Notes: generated from the sequence alone by a model not told the origin. Shown: positions 1-11,408, counted from the stretch's first letter. The stretch: DNA of 64,000 bases from an uncultured Veillonellaceae bacterium (GCA_963805085.1 CAWDTA010000002.1:1024001-1088000); one strand, 5' to 3'. Program-made: numbers and translations.

Positions 1-2
1 CA

Positions 3-824
3 TCAATTACAGAAATAGCGCAAGGTGTGGAGAAACAATCGGCAGCAGCTGATGGCGTTAATGGTGTAGCGCAAAACTTCTCAAGTAGCGCAGAACAAAT
101 TTCTGTAAAAGCGCAAGGTATCGTGGAAATTGCCAAAGTAACGTCGGAAAATGCGGGTCAAGGTCGTGAAGCGATAGCGAAAGCCGTAAATGAAATGCAG
201 CAAATCGGTGAAGGCTCAGAAGCGATTCAACAGGCAATTACAAAACTAGATAAAGGGTCCCAAGAAATTAGTAATATTGTAGAATTAATTTCAAGTATTG
301 CAGGGCAAACGAATTTACTAGCACTCAATGCGGCAATAGAAGCGGCAAGAGCAGGCGAAGCTGGACGTGGATTTGCTGTTGTAGCCGAGGAAGTAAGAAA
401 GCTTGCTGAAGAATCCAATCAATCATCCCAAAAAATCGGGGAACTTGTAAATCGTAATCTGATGGATATGCAAGACGCTGTTGTTGCAAGTAAGGCAGGA
501 ACAGCGCGTGTAGCAGTCGGTATTGGTGCTGTACGATCAGCAGATGAAACATTCAAACATATCGTGAGTGCAATTGAAAATTTATCAGGAGAGATCACCG
601 TGATTTCAGCTGAAATTAATCAAATGGCAACTGGCAGTGAAGCAATGCTAACCTCGATTAGTCAAATCGATGAGATTAGCAGGAATAATGCGGCGGAAAG
701 CGAAGCGGTATCTGCTGCGACTGAGCAGCAATCGGCAGCAATGCAAGAAATTGCTTCGGCAAGCCAAAACTTAGCAAATTTAGCGATGGAATTGCAAGAA
801 GCCGTATCAAGATTTAAGGTTTAA
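3..824 (+). CDS. Methyl-accepting chemotaxis protein, C-terminal part (5'-truncated by window edge)
   Basis: Frame is open from position 3 ([11 protein letters not shown]...); MCP signalling motif [38 protein letters not shown]; ends ...VSRFKV. Confidence 0.95.
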   Translation, partial: SITEIAQGVEKQSAAADGVNGVAQNFSSSAEQISVKAQGIVEIAKVTSENAGQGREAIAKAVNEMQQIGEGSEAIQQAITKLDKGSQEISNIVELISSIAGQTNLLALNAAIEAARAGEAGRGFAVVAEEVRKLAEESNQSSQKIGELVNRNLMDMQDAVVASKAGTARVAVGIGAVRSADETFKHIVSAIENLSGEITVISAEINQMATGSEAMLTSISQIDEISRNNAAESEAVSAATEQQSAAMQEIASASQNLANLAMELQEAVSRFKV

Positions 825-838
825 AATAATATAAGGAA

Positions 839-885
839 AAGACCAGTGAAATAATCTAATTTGTTTTACTGGTCTTATTCTATTT
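839..885 (+). terminator. Putative intrinsic terminator after MCP1
   Basis: Inverted repeat AAGACCAGTGAAA ... TTTTACTGGTCTT followed by a T-rich tract. Confidence 0.55.
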
Positions 886-1020
886 TATGAGGTATAACTA
901 GGATTTATTGAACACGTAGGTTTTTGGTGGAAAAGATTGAAAGTAATACTACTAAGGTGTAGAATTATAATGCAATCATATAAATTAATGGAAAATAGAA
1001 AATGCTAGAGGAGATGCACT

Positions 1021-3051
1021 ATGAAATTAGATCGTATTAGGACTAAATTTTTACTCATATTAATACCATTATTTTTAGTTAGTTTTATTATGTTATCAAG
1101 TGTAAGTTACTATGTTGCAAATCGTGCACTCATGGAAAGTTCTGTAGAAACGGCAAAAGCTGCTAGTGACAAATTCTCTACACAAATCAAAGATATTATA
1201 GAAGAAAAAATGATACGTCTAGATGATTTATCAAGAGAAGATGTGTTGATTAGCACAGATGATAATAGTAAAGTTACATTAATGCAGGCGACGTTAAAAG
1301 AAGTAAAAGGGTTTGATTCTTTATTACTTACGGATAATAAAGGTGCTGGTATCAATTCAAAAGGTCAACACTTGAACCGCGCAGATAGAGAATATATTCA
1401 GCAAGTGATAAAAACAAAAAAACCTTATGTATCAGAAGCATTAGCATCAGGAACGAGTGGGAATCTAATTGTTTCCTTGGCACAGCCAATCCTTAGAAAT
1501 GGGGAATTAAAAGGGATTATCGTAGGAACGGTCAGCTTAGAAAAATTGTCAGGTGTATTAGAAAATGTGAAATTTAAAGAGTCTGGTTATGGGTATATTG
1601 TGGATAGTTCAGGGATTGTTGTTGCCCATAATAAAAGACCAGAGTTAATCAATAAATTAAATATAAGTGAGAAGACTGTAAATCCAGAATTAAAAACCAA
1701 GAATCTAGAACTAGATGAACGGCTCATCACGGCATTTAAAAGTGTGAGTACTAGTGGGAAACAAGCAGAAAATATCTTTTATACAAGTACAGCAGGGGGA
1801 GCAGAATCTGCTGTTTTAACGCCGATAGATTTAGATGGTAGAAGATGGGTTATGGTAGTGACTGCGCCAGAACAAGAGCTGACAGCCGCCATCAATCAGT
1901 TAGCAAAATGGATGGTTGGATTATCTGTGATTGCAATTCTGATAGCAATCTTTGTGATATTTATGTTTAGCAAGAATATTGCAAAAAAGATAACCATGAT
2001 TCGTGATGAATCAGTGGCGTTGAATCAAGGTGATTTAAGAGAACGTGTCATTGATATTCATTCCGAAGATGAAATTGGTCAGCTGTCCAAAGGCTTTATC
2101 GGGATGCGTCAGACGCTAAATCAATTAATCACTACGGTGCAAACCAAGGCAAATCAAGTTACTGAGTCTAGTAATCAGTTAAAAGAAAGTGCCAATCAAT
2201 CCGCTATAGCGTCTACTCATGTTGCGGAATCAATTACCGATATCGCAGCGGGGGCAGATCGTCAATTCAGTGCGGTGAATGAAGTAAATACGATTGCCAA
2301 AGAAATTTCTAACTCAGCAAGTGATATTTCTAGAAAAGCCAGTGACATTGTCGAAGTGGTAAAAACTACAACAAAGCATGCTGAACAAGGTCGGTCTTCC
2401 ATTGCGAAGGCAGTGATACAAATGCAGCAAGTGAGTCAAGGTTCTGAAGCAATTCAAACTGCAGTAATGGATCTAGAAAAAGGTTCACAAGAAATTGGCA
2501 ATATTGTAGAACTTATTTCAAGCATTGCTGGACAAACTAATTTATTGGCACTCAATGCAGCAATTGAAGCGGCTCGAGCTGGAGAGTCAGGACGTGGGTT
2601 TGCCGTTGTAGCAGAGGAAGTAAGGAAGCTCGCCGAAGAATCGAACCAATCCTCACAGAAAATTGGTGAGCTGGTAAAACGTAATCAAATTGGGATGGAA
2701 CAGGCTGTTAACGCGAGTAAAACGGGTGCAGAAAGTATCAATTTAGGTATGGAAGCAGTTAGCTCTGCCGATGAGACTTTTAAAAGTATCGTTAGTGCAA
2801 TTGAACAGCTCGCGCAAGAAATCAATACAGTTGCCGAAGCTATCAATCACATGTCGGCAGGTAGTGCGACAATGTTGAATTCGATAAATGCAATTGATCA
2901 AGTAGCAAAAGCAAATACCTCAGAAGCACAAGATGTCTCCGCTGCGACTGAAGAACAATCGGCTTCTATGGAAGAAATTGCAGCAGCAAGCCAGAGCTTG
3001 GCAATGCTCGCGATGGAATTACAAGGAACGGTTGGAAAATTTAAAGTATAA
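1021..3051 (+). CDS. Methyl-accepting chemotaxis protein (TM-dCache-TM-HAMP-MCP signal)
   Basis: N-terminal TM; Cache motifs DREY and [15 protein letters not shown]; HAMP motif EDEIGQL; MCP hairpin motif; RBS GAGGAG. Confidence 0.95.
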   Translation: MKLDRIRTKFLLILIPLFLVSFIMLSSVSYYVANRALMESSVETAKAASDKFSTQIKDIIEEKMIRLDDLSREDVLISTDDNSKVTLMQATLKEVKGFDSLLLTDNKGAGINSKGQHLNRADREYIQQVIKTKKPYVSEALASGTSGNLIVSLAQPILRNGELKGIIVGTVSLEKLSGVLENVKFKESGYGYIVDSSGIVVAHNKRPELINKLNISEKTVNPELKTKNLELDERLITAFKSVSTSGKQAENIFYTSTAGGAESAVLTPIDLDGRRWVMVVTAPEQELTAAINQLAKWMVGLSVIAILIAIFVIFMFSKNIAKKITMIRDESVALNQGDLRERVIDIHSEDEIGQLSKGFIGMRQTLNQLITTVQTKANQVTESSNQLKESANQSAIASTHVAESITDIAAGADRQFSAVNEVNTIAKEISNSASDISRKASDIVEVVKTTTKHAEQGRSSIAKAVIQMQQVSQGSEAIQTAVMDLEKGSQEIGNIVELISSIAGQTNLLALNAAIEAARAGESGRGFAVVAEEVRKLAEESNQSSQKIGELVKRNQIGMEQAVNASKTGAESINLGMEAVSSADETFKSIVSAIEQLAQEINTVAEAINHMSAGSATMLNSINAIDQVAKANTSEAQDVSAATEEQSASMEEIAAASQSLAMLAMELQGTVGKFKV

Positions 3052-3066
3052 TACTATTTCTATTAT

Positions 3067-3116
3067 AGTGTTAGGAATTTTATGAGAATAAAAATTCCTA
3101 ACACTTATTTTTTTTT
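3067..3116 (+). terminator. Intrinsic terminator after MCP2
   Basis: AGTGTTAGGAATTTT / AAAATTCCTAACACT stem followed by a T9 run. Confidence 0.85.
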
Positions 3117-3127
3117 AAGAATGAATT

Positions 3128-3216
3128 TAAAGTAAACCTAAAAAAATGTCGAAAAAACTACAAAAAACTACAAAAAACATGAAAAAATATATGTAAGTAC
3201 AAAAATGTGTTACAAT
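3128..3216 (+). promoter_or_regulatory. Candidate promoter region of MCP3 (sigmaD-like TAAA-N16-GTCGAAAA and extended -10 TGtTACAAT) with phased A-tracts
   Basis: TAAA 3128-31, GTCGAAAA 3148-55; A6 tracts at 3152, 3162, 3172 and 3182; TGTTACAAT 3208-16. Confidence 0.4.
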
Positions 3217-3263
3217 ATTATAGGTGTATTTTATAAGTTGTCGTAATTGAGGGGGAATTTAAA

Positions 3264-5288
3264 TTGAAAATTAGAAATATTAGGACAAAATTCTTAATTG
3301 TTTTAATACCGTTGTTTCTGGTAAGTTTCGTTATATTGTCGTCAATTAGTTACTATGTTGCGAATAAAAGCTTGACGATGGAAACCAACGAGACTGCTGG
3401 CGCCATGGGAGAAAAGTTTTCTTGGCAAGTGAAAGCTGAGATAGATGGTAAAATGAATATGCTGAATGAAATGGCTGTGAATCCAGTATTTCACACCAAT
3501 GATGCAGAAGCAAAAGTAAAGTTTATGGCAGAAGCTTGTAAACGCACTGGTTTTCCAACGGTAACATTTATTGGGCTAGATGGTAAAGGCGTTGGTAGTG
3601 ATGGCGTTCCAATAGTTAGAACTGATCGTGAGTTTTATAAAAAGGAAATGGAAACGAAGAAGCCTTATGTTGGTGCACCAGTTATTTCATCTTTGACACA
3701 TACGTTAATGGTTGCGCTGGTTACACCAATTATGGAAAATGGACAAATGGTAGGGATGATTACTGGTACGATTGATTTAGCAGCGTTTTCGAAAGAGTTA
3801 CAATCTGTTAAATTAAAGGAAACTGGCTACGGGTATATCGTAGATAATACAGGGCTTATAATTGCACACCCTAATAATCCTGAATTTATTAATAAACTCA
3901 ATATCTCAGAGAAAAACATCAATCCAGAATTTAATACCAAAAATAAACAGCTGGATGATCGATACACAAATGCTTTTAAAGAAGTCGAGCATACAGGAAA
4001 CCAGGTAACTGTTAATTATATTGAGCTAGACGGTCAAGATCATAAGGCAGTTTTGACTCCAATAGAAATATCGGGGAAGAGATGGGTAATGGTTGTTACG
4101 GCTCCGATGGAAGAAATTACTGCAGAAGTTAGTAAGTTAGCAAATGTAATGCTAGGGGTATCTATTTTATTTATATTGCTTGCAATTGCGACTATATTTG
4201 TTTTTAGTAAAAATATTGCAAAACAAATAGCCTGTATTCGAGATGAATGTCTTGAAATTGATCAAGGGGATCTCCGTGATAAAGAAAGTAAAATACATAC
4301 AGAAGATGAAATTGGTCAATTAGCACAAGGGTTTGTTAGTATGAGAAAAAAATTGGGTACTTTGGTTAGTGGTGTACAAGCAAAGGCAGAACAAGTTGCT
4401 GCTGCAAGTGAAGAACTTACTGCTGGAGCAGAGCAATCAGCGGAGGCATCTAATCAGGTTGCTATTTCCATCACGGAAATAGCACAAGGGGTAACGAAAC
4501 AATCTACTGCTGCAGATAATGTTGATGCTGTTGCAAAAGACATTTCACATAGTGCAGACGAAATTTCAGCAAAAGCACAGGAAGTAGTACAAATTGCGCA
4601 AGCGACATCAAAAGAGGCTAATCAAGGCCGAGAGTCAATCGCAAAAGCTGTAAATCAAATGCAGGAAATTGGTGAAGGATCTAAAGCAATTCAGCAAGCT
4701 ATTGTTAAATTAGACAAAGGGTCACAAGAGATTAGTAATATTGTAGAATTAATTTCAAGTATTGCAGGTCAAACGAATTTACTAGCACTCAATGCGGCGA
4801 TAGAAGCGGCAAGAGCAGGCGAAGCTGGACGTGGATTTGCTGTTGTAGCCGAGGAAGTAAGAAAGCTTGCTGAAGAATCCAATCAATCATCGCAAAAAAT
4901 AGGAGAACTCGTAAAACGTAATCAAGTTGATATGGAAGATGCGGTTATTGCTAGCAAAGCGGGAACAGAAAAAGTTGTGATTGGTATTGAATCGGTAACG
5001 TTAGCAGATGAAACATTTAAAAATATCGTAAATGCTGTTGGTAATCTTACGGAACAAATTGCAGTCATTTCTGAGGCAATTCATAAGATGGCAAAAGGTA
5101 GTGCGACGATGCTAACGTCTATTGAACAAATTGATAAAGTTAGCAAAACAAATGCAGCGGAATCCCAAGCAGTATCGGCTGCAACCGAAGAACAATCGGC
5201 AGCGATGCAAGAGATTGCATCCGCAAGTCAGAACTTAGCAAACTTAGCTATGGAATTACAAGAGGCCATTTCTATTTTTAGAGTGTAA
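3264..5288 (+). CDS. Methyl-accepting chemotaxis protein (TM-dCache-TM-HAMP-MCP signal), TTG start
   Basis: Paralogue of 1021..3051 with the same domain motifs; RBS GAGGGGG upstream of the TTG. Confidence 0.95.
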   Translation: MKIRNIRTKFLIVLIPLFLVSFVILSSISYYVANKSLTMETNETAGAMGEKFSWQVKAEIDGKMNMLNEMAVNPVFHTNDAEAKVKFMAEACKRTGFPTVTFIGLDGKGVGSDGVPIVRTDREFYKKEMETKKPYVGAPVISSLTHTLMVALVTPIMENGQMVGMITGTIDLAAFSKELQSVKLKETGYGYIVDNTGLIIAHPNNPEFINKLNISEKNINPEFNTKNKQLDDRYTNAFKEVEHTGNQVTVNYIELDGQDHKAVLTPIEISGKRWVMVVTAPMEEITAEVSKLANVMLGVSILFILLAIATIFVFSKNIAKQIACIRDECLEIDQGDLRDKESKIHTEDEIGQLAQGFVSMRKKLGTLVSGVQAKAEQVAAASEELTAGAEQSAEASNQVAISITEIAQGVTKQSTAADNVDAVAKDISHSADEISAKAQEVVQIAQATSKEANQGRESIAKAVNQMQEIGEGSKAIQQAIVKLDKGSQEISNIVELISSIAGQTNLLALNAAIEAARAGEAGRGFAVVAEEVRKLAEESNQSSQKIGELVKRNQVDMEDAVIASKAGTEKVVIGIESVTLADETFKNIVNAVGNLTEQIAVISEAIHKMAKGSATMLTSIEQIDKVSKTNAAESQAVSAATEEQSAAMQEIASASQNLANLAMELQEAISIFRV

Positions 5289-5346
5289 GCAAACGATATC
5301 ATTGTTCGTTACGAAAAATTTCAGGATAAATAATTGTAAAAAATAG

Positions 5347-5390
5347 AACAGGTCTAACTAAGCTAGAAAAACTTAGTTAGACCTGTTTTT
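5347..5390. terminator. Probable bidirectional terminator between convergent MCP3 and the vanW-family gene
   Basis: Perfect 16-bp stem AACAGGTCTAACTAAG / CTTAGTTAGACCTGTT with flanking T/A runs. Confidence 0.85.
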
Positions 5391-5426
5391 GTTGGCGATA
5401 GAGGCTGTGGGTCTTATATTGGCGAG

Positions 5427-6821
5427 CTAGGGCTGTTTCTTTGCCGTTGGCTTATTATCTTTGGGTCTCGGAGAAGGTTGTTCCTCTAGTAATCTAGTAC
5501 CAAAGACAATCACTTCATCTTCAGGGGAATATTCGTCGACATAAAGCAACTCGCGGTTAACTTCTTTGTTGTTGATACTTTTAATACGATAAGAGGATAC
5601 AATATAACCAGTTAAGCCATCTTCTTGAATGATTGCTTTACCAGCTGGTAAATTTGGATCATATCTGGTTACCGTATGGTATTCAAGTGTTTTATCAACA
5701 TTGGCGGTTATTGAAATTGATTCTTTGCTCAGATTGCTTGCACTACCCAAGATAACTACAGTTAAAGTTCCGTTGGAAATCTGGGCAATTACATAGGCAT
5801 TTTTGCTTAAAGTGTTCTTAAATTTGAAATCAAGTAAATTATCAGCGACTGTTGCATCTAAACCAATGGGAACATAACCGAGTGGATGAAAATGTGGTGT
5901 TCGTTCAATTGGTTTCATGTCAGCAAGTAATATCGAGTTATATAATGTACTGCTTACTTGACAAACTCCACCGCCGATATCAGGCACGGTTTTGCCCTCA
6001 ATAATAACTGGAGCTTCTTTAAAACCAGCCTGAGCAATGCGCAGACCAGTCAAATCGTTAAATGAGATAAGTTGATCTGGTTGTAACAGTAAATGATTGA
6101 TACTATTGGCGGCGATTCGAATGTTTTCACTGCGATTAGTATTAAACTGATCAAATTTTGAACTGTATACGGCTAATACGGTATCAATTTCTGCTAAATC
6201 TGCTTTGGTTACCTTAGGCACTGACGTTTCGATAGGCAATTCAAGCGAAATTGGCACATTTAATGCTGATAATTTTTGGGCTAAGTTGATAAATAAGTCA
6301 GCATTGTTTACTTTTTGACCAACAATTTCTGGAATGATGGAAATTGTTCCATTATTGAATTCAACGGAAGCATCTTTAGTTTCACTTGCTGTCTCAAGAC
6401 CAATTTGCCAAATGATTGCTTTTAGCTTTACTGGATCATATGTAAGGTCATAGGGTAACGTGATACCGTGGTGGGCACTTTCTAAACGCTCCCACAGACG
6501 GTGTAATATATTGTCTCTACGACCAATCAGATAAGCTTTTTGGACAGTTTGTTCAAACTCTATATGCAAGTCAATATCATCTGGAGTTATATTCCATGAT
6601 TTATCCTTGTAAGTGATTCGAATAATTGGCTTTTTACCAAGTTTATTTTGAAATGATTGTTCAAGCTTGGCGGTTGCCTCTTGTACAGTGTGCCCGCCAA
6701 TCGGAATATCTTCAACAGTAACCCCGTAAAAAATACGATCAGAAACAGATAAGGCCATACTAAGACTGATGAGAATGATAGAAGAAAACAAAATAATAAT
6801 CGTAGAAAATACAAGGCACAT
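5427..6821 (-). CDS. VanW/YoaR-family membrane-anchored protein (PG_binding_4, VanW and G5 domains)
   Basis: N-terminal TM; VanW core NRSENIRIA...GGGVCQVSSTLYN...HFHPLGYVPIGLDATV; C-terminal G5-like YDPNLPAGK...DEVIVFGT. Confidence 0.9.
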   Translation of the reverse strand: MCLVFSTIIILFSSIILISLSMALSVSDRIFYGVTVEDIPIGGHTVQEATAKLEQSFQNKLGKKPIIRITYKDKSWNITPDDIDLHIEFEQTVQKAYLIGRRDNILHRLWERLESAHHGITLPYDLTYDPVKLKAIIWQIGLETASETKDASVEFNNGTISIIPEIVGQKVNNADLFINLAQKLSALNVPISLELPIETSVPKVTKADLAEIDTVLAVYSSKFDQFNTNRSENIRIAANSINHLLLQPDQLISFNDLTGLRIAQAGFKEAPVIIEGKTVPDIGGGVCQVSSTLYNSILLADMKPIERTPHFHPLGYVPIGLDATVADNLLDFKFKNTLSKNAYVIAQISNGTLTVVILGSASNLSKESISITANVDKTLEYHTVTRYDPNLPAGKAIIQEDGLTGYIVSSYRIKSINNKEVNRELLYVDEYSPEDEVIVFGTRLLEEQPSPRPKDNKPTAKKQP

Positions 6822-6890
6822 TTTTGCATTTTGTGAAAGTCCTTTAAAGATACTTCATCCCTCCTTTCAACGTAATAAGACCAAAAGAAC

Positions 6891-6920
6891 ATAAAACCCC
6901 TGCATTAGCAGGGGTTTTAT
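6891..6920 (-). terminator. Intrinsic terminator after the PRC-barrel gene
   Basis: Perfect palindrome ATAAAACCCCTGC-ATTA-GCAGGGGTTTTAT. Confidence 0.85.
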
Positions 6921-6944
6921 TATTACCAAAATGCTGGCATTTTA

Positions 6945-7814
6945 TTATTGAATATTCATAGAAAGTTCAACGAATTTATTTGCTAATTTTGCTTTTTGTA
7001 ACACTTCTTCAGTGATGTCTGCGCCAGCTTCAACGATAACAATCCCATTATCAGTTGTAATGCGACGACTAGCTTTTTTGCCAAGCAAGAAGCGACGATG
7101 CCTATCATCAGCTACTTTATCAGCTTGTTGTTTGGCAGCTCCTGTTTCTAAAGGTTTTGTTTCTACTTTAGGCGTAGGCTCAGGTTTCACTTCTGCTTTA
7201 GAAACTTCCGCTTCAACCTTAGGAGCTTCGACTTTGACCTCAGCAGATTTTAATTCTTCTTTTGGAACTTCTACTTGAGGTACAGGTTTTACTTCAGGCG
7301 TAGAAGATATAGTTTTGGTTGGTTTTAGTGCATCGCTAAGGTTTCTTTCAGGGACTTCGCTATCGATAATCGTAACTTGTTTACCAAAAACAGATACTTG
7401 CTCTGCAGAAACTTCGGTTACTTCGCCTACTGGAGTAGTAATTTCACATTTTGCAATGCTACCATTGTCATCAACAATGATTTCATTCACAATACCATGA
7501 ATGCTACCAGACTTGGTAATTGCTTTTGTAGCAATTACTTTGATATTGGCAGTAAGTAATGGTTCAAATTCAGTAGCTTCATCTATGGATAGAATACTTT
7601 CGCTACTTGTAATAGTAATAGCATCATCGCCAATGGCTATTACGGACGTATATGGTAATATTTTAACGCCACGATACCAATCTTCATCTTCAATAACTAA
7701 AGCAGTAATCATTCCTTTTGCAGCGTCGATTACCAATGATTTACTGATACCTAATTCTTTACCTTCAGTAATACTTATGATTGGTAATCCTAAAATATGT
7801 ACACTTTTTTTCAT
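6945..7814 (-). CDS. PRC-barrel domain protein (YrrD-like, two PRC barrels, P/E/V/K-rich linker)
   Basis: ILGLPIISITEGKELG...LVID...IGDDAITI pattern; second barrel ITKSGSIHGIVNEIIVD; low-complexity linker. Confidence 0.8.
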   Translation of the reverse strand: MKKSVHILGLPIISITEGKELGISKSLVIDAAKGMITALVIEDEDWYRGVKILPYTSVIAIGDDAITITSSESILSIDEATEFEPLLTANIKVIATKAITKSGSIHGIVNEIIVDDNGSIAKCEITTPVGEVTEVSAEQVSVFGKQVTIIDSEVPERNLSDALKPTKTISSTPEVKPVPQVEVPKEELKSAEVKVEAPKVEAEVSKAEVKPEPTPKVETKPLETGAAKQQADKVADDRHRRFLLGKKASRRITTDNGIVIVEAGADITEEVLQKAKLANKFVELSMNIQ

Positions 7815-7837
7815 TTATAATCCCCCTAAATTTGAAT

Positions 7838-8956
7838 TTATAAGTTTTGTGTGCGCCAATTTTGAAACTCGGTTTCGATTTCGCTAAATGCTTTTTGCGA
7901 AATATCTTTAAACGGTGTACGAGTAATATTGCGTCTAAGCAAAGCGTTTTTTATGATACGCAAATACGCAATGTTATTAATAAACTCTTGTCTTAGCTCG
8001 TTATTATGAACTAATGCTGGTAATTTAAGAGCCTTATTATATATTACAATGGCATCGTCATATAAGCCAGTATTTTTGTAAATATTACCGATTTCTATGA
8101 CAATAAATGGAGCATAATCGTTAGTTTGGTATAATTTTAGTGCTTTTTTAAAGGCATAAAGTGCAGAATTTTGTTCATTATTATCCCTTTGATTCAAAGC
8201 ATAATCCAATAAATCATCTAACTTTTCTAGCTTTGCAACGTGATTGACGATGCAAAGGTTCTTTTGTTTTTTTGCTTCAGTAATTAAATCAATGACCTTC
8301 GTCTCGTGTTGTATTTCTTTCGGTGGGACAGGAACAACCAGCTGAGATTCTCGGTCATTTTTCACCAAGTACAATGGTACTTTAGTGGGTAGTTGCATGG
8401 GCTGGATGGATTCAACTGCGGTCGTTGCTGTTGCTAGGGCAATATTGAGGCTGGCTTTCTGTTTTGATGGAACAACAAAGGTCGCAGGTTCTGATTTTAG
8501 ACTAGGCCCAATTAGCTTCAATTCCGTTAAGAGAGATTCAGGATTAGGTTTTACAACTTCTGCGATTTTTATTTCTGATTTATCTGATTTATTTAAAGCT
8601 ACAGTTTCTAGTTTTTTTTCTAGTGGCTTTGCTATAGCTGGTTCAGCCACGCTATCCCCTTCAAGGACCAAATTGTTGATTGTCTGTTGATTTAAGGTTA
8701 GTTTTGCGTTATAACGTGCGATAAAATACGAGGACAAGATTGTAATGCCTAAAATCATAGGCAAGTGGTATTGAGCGAAATGCACGGTAATGATTGGCAA
8801 AGAAAAATTAATCACAAGTGCACAGAATGCACATAATATCAAAGGCTTAATATTTAATGAAAGTCCTAGGTAATTCATTATTTTAAATGCAAAAAAAATA
8901 CTGAGTACGATGGACAAGAATGTAATTGCAATATAATCCACTTTAAACATCACCAT
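7838..8956 (-). CDS. Hypothetical membrane protein with C-terminal TPR-like repeats
   Basis: Three N-terminal hydrophobic segments; ALYAFKKAL...IGNIYKNTGLYDDAIVIYNKAL TPR pattern. Confidence 0.7.
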   Translation of the reverse strand: MVMFKVDYIAITFLSIVLSIFFAFKIMNYLGLSLNIKPLILCAFCALVINFSLPIITVHFAQYHLPMILGITILSSYFIARYNAKLTLNQQTINNLVLEGDSVAEPAIAKPLEKKLETVALNKSDKSEIKIAEVVKPNPESLLTELKLIGPSLKSEPATFVVPSKQKASLNIALATATTAVESIQPMQLPTKVPLYLVKNDRESQLVVPVPPKEIQHETKVIDLITEAKKQKNLCIVNHVAKLEKLDDLLDYALNQRDNNEQNSALYAFKKALKLYQTNDYAPFIVIEIGNIYKNTGLYDDAIVIYNKALKLPALVHNNELRQEFINNIAYLRIIKNALLRRNITRTPFKDISQKAFSEIETEFQNWRTQNL

Positions 8957-9161
8957 AACTATACAAAATAATTTATCTTATTTTGTCCTATCTTCGACGG
9001 GTTTTACAAAAATCCTGTAATTTTTACAAGATTATTTTAATTATATTTTAAAATTGAAGGACTTTTGGACTATGGGCAGATTTGATTTGGTATCTAAGAG
9101 GAGTATGAGGTATAATAAAACCTATCAGATAAGTAAGTATGTTCGGAAAGAGGTTTGACAT

Positions 9162-11180
9162 ATGTTGTTTGAGAAACAAGCGACAATTAGGCATGAAAGT
9201 GGCGTTCATGCCCGGGTTGCAGCAATGATTGTGCAAAAATCAATGGATATTTATCAGAAGTATAGATGTAGGATGCAACTGAGAGCTGAAAATAGTGGAC
9301 GCTTTGAAATACAAGGACTAATGCCGATTGTTGCTTTAAAGATTGCTCAAGGTGAAAATGTTTGGGTGTCGGCAGAAGGTGACAAAGCCGAACAAGCAGT
9401 AGAAGCTATGGCTGTATTTCTTGAAGGTGATTTTACGGTACATACGCCAAATGAAATGCGTGAGGTTGACCAATTATTACATGAAAATGCCTTTACAGCT
9501 GAACAGATCTTCTATAATATGGCAAATGGACTAATTGTTACTAATCAACATGATATTATCACGGTTTGCAATCCAGCTGCGGCAAGAATTATTGGTATTC
9601 ACGAATCAAATGCGATTGGAAAAAATGTAGAAGATGTGGTGCCAAATACACGCCTCAATATTGTGAATAAAACTGGTAAGGGCGAAATAGCATCCCGACA
9701 AATGATGGGGCAAGCCATGACCGTAACCAATCGCACGCCAATTATTATTGATGGTGAAGTCCGGGGGGCAATTGCTGTTTTTGAAGATATTTCAGCGCTT
9801 GAAAAGATAAAATGGGAGTTCTATGAAGTCAAAGAACTCCAAGAACGTTTACAGTTGATTTTAGAGTCTGTACAAGATGGTATCTGCGTTGTCAGTAAAA
9901 CAGGTGAAGTGATTTATGTGAATTCTTCCTATCTAAGAATTGTCAAACGGCAGCGAGAGCAAGTTCTTGGCACGAATGTATATGAAGTTGCCTCGCAGGG
10001 CACGCGTTGCACGGTTCTTAAAACGGGCAAACCAGCTTTTAACAGCTTTAGTAAGAAACGTGATGGTACCATGGTGGTTGCTAATGTTAATCCAATCATG
10101 GTCGATGGTGAAATCTCTGGAGTTGTTTCGGTTATTAAGAATATCACTGAAGTGCAAAATTTGTTAGAAAAGCTTAGTACGATGTCAGCAAAAGCGGAAT
10201 ATCTTGAACAAGAGTTACTTAGAACGAAAAAAACTAATAAGGCGTTTGAACATTATATTGGCTCGAGTGGCCGTATTTTAGATTTACTAGCGATGGCAAC
10301 AAAAGCAGCCAAAAGTACGGCAACTGTTTTGATTCGTGGTGAAAGTGGCACGGGTAAAGAGCTTGTTGCCGAGGGAATTCATTACGCGAGCAGTCGATCA
10401 AAAGGGCCATTTATCCGGGTCAATTGTGGGGCAATTCCCTCGGCGCTCTTGGAAAGTGAATTATTTGGTCATGAGAAGGGTGCTTTCACCGGTGCGCTAA
10501 AACGAAAACTTGGTAAGTTTGAACTTGCGAATAATGGCACGATATTTTTAGATGAAATTGGTGAGATGGATAAAAATATGCAGGTAAAATTATTGCGCGC
10601 TTTGCAACAAAAAGAATTTGATCGAGTGGGCGGCGAGACGACCATTAAAGTGGATGTGCGCATTATAGCAGCGACAAATCGTGCACTAGAAGAAATGGTT
10701 CGTCAAGAGACTTTTCGGGATGATTTATATTACCGTTTAAATGTAATTCCGCTATGTTTACCGCCACTTCGTGAACGTGTGGAAGATATTCCGCTGTTAA
10801 CAGAACATTTTATTAAGAAATTAAGTGAGCAAGCGGGAAAACAAATAAGAGGAATTACCTCAGAAGCGTTGGGGGTTTTAATGGCTTATAAATGGCCAGG
10901 TAATGTGAGGGAATTAGAGAATATTATTGAGCGTGTGATTACCTTAATGGATGCAGATTATATTTCTATTGAACAGTTGCCTTCCTATATTACGGGAGAA
11001 ATCGTGATGAAGGAAGTGAAAAGTTTTGAGTGTGGGGCGGTCCTTCCTTGGGAAGAGTATGAGAAACAAATTATTAGTAATGCACTTAAACGATGTGGCA
11101 GTTTTAATGCTGCGAGCAAAATGTTGAAACTTACGCATAAAACAGTCGCAACTAAAGCAAAAAAATATGGACTCGTATAA
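9162..11180 (+). CDS. Sigma54-dependent enhancer-binding protein with N-terminal HPr domain, two PAS domains, AAA+ and HTH
   Basis: HPr motif GVHARVAA...SAEGDKAEQA; two PAS repeats; Walker A GESGTGKE; GAFTGA; FLDEIGEM; WPGNVRELEN; C-terminal HTH. Confidence 0.93.
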   Translation: MLFEKQATIRHESGVHARVAAMIVQKSMDIYQKYRCRMQLRAENSGRFEIQGLMPIVALKIAQGENVWVSAEGDKAEQAVEAMAVFLEGDFTVHTPNEMREVDQLLHENAFTAEQIFYNMANGLIVTNQHDIITVCNPAAARIIGIHESNAIGKNVEDVVPNTRLNIVNKTGKGEIASRQMMGQAMTVTNRTPIIIDGEVRGAIAVFEDISALEKIKWEFYEVKELQERLQLILESVQDGICVVSKTGEVIYVNSSYLRIVKRQREQVLGTNVYEVASQGTRCTVLKTGKPAFNSFSKKRDGTMVVANVNPIMVDGEISGVVSVIKNITEVQNLLEKLSTMSAKAEYLEQELLRTKKTNKAFEHYIGSSGRILDLLAMATKAAKSTATVLIRGESGTGKELVAEGIHYASSRSKGPFIRVNCGAIPSALLESELFGHEKGAFTGALKRKLGKFELANNGTIFLDEIGEMDKNMQVKLLRALQQKEFDRVGGETTIKVDVRIIAATNRALEEMVRQETFRDDLYYRLNVIPLCLPPLRERVEDIPLLTEHFIKKLSEQAGKQIRGITSEALGVLMAYKWPGNVRELENIIERVITLMDADYISIEQLPSYITGEIVMKEVKSFECGAVLPWEEYEKQIISNALKRCGSFNAASKMLKLTHKTVATKAKKYGLV

Positions 11181-11186
11181 ATACTA

Positions 11187-11256
11187 CTAGTAAAAAATAT
11201 CAACGCCTAGTAAAAAATATCAACATATTGAACAAAATTGATACTTTTTACTAGGC
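11187..11256. repeat. Three copies of an ~18-bp motif CTAGTAAAAAATATCAAC (two direct, one inverted); candidate enhancer (UAS) and/or terminator
   Basis: Direct copies at 11187-11204 and 11207-11224; inverted copy TTGATACTTTTTACTAGGC at 11238-11256 (1 mismatch). Confidence 0.8.
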
Positions 11257-11392
11257 ATTGTTTGTTTTAGGTATGATAATATAAATAATACTAATCATAT
11301 ATGTGTACGATATTAAGCTTTTTTAGCCGAAATATCAAAAAAGTATGTAATAAATAACGAATGTGCTGCGAAAAATGACGAAAATTGAAAGT

Positions 11393-11408
11393 TGGCACAA
11401 CACTTGCA
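11393..11408 (+). promoter_or_regulatory. Sigma54 (-24/-12) promoter upstream of ptsHI
   Basis: TGGCAC-AACAC-TTGCA; GG at 11394-95 and GC at 11406-07 match the consensus spacing; next to a bEBP gene. Confidence 0.9.

Noticed and set aside
5427-6821. Vancomycin resistance locus
   Set aside because: VanW-domain proteins are widespread and no vanHAX, vanRS or D-Ala-D-Lac ligase genes are nearby.
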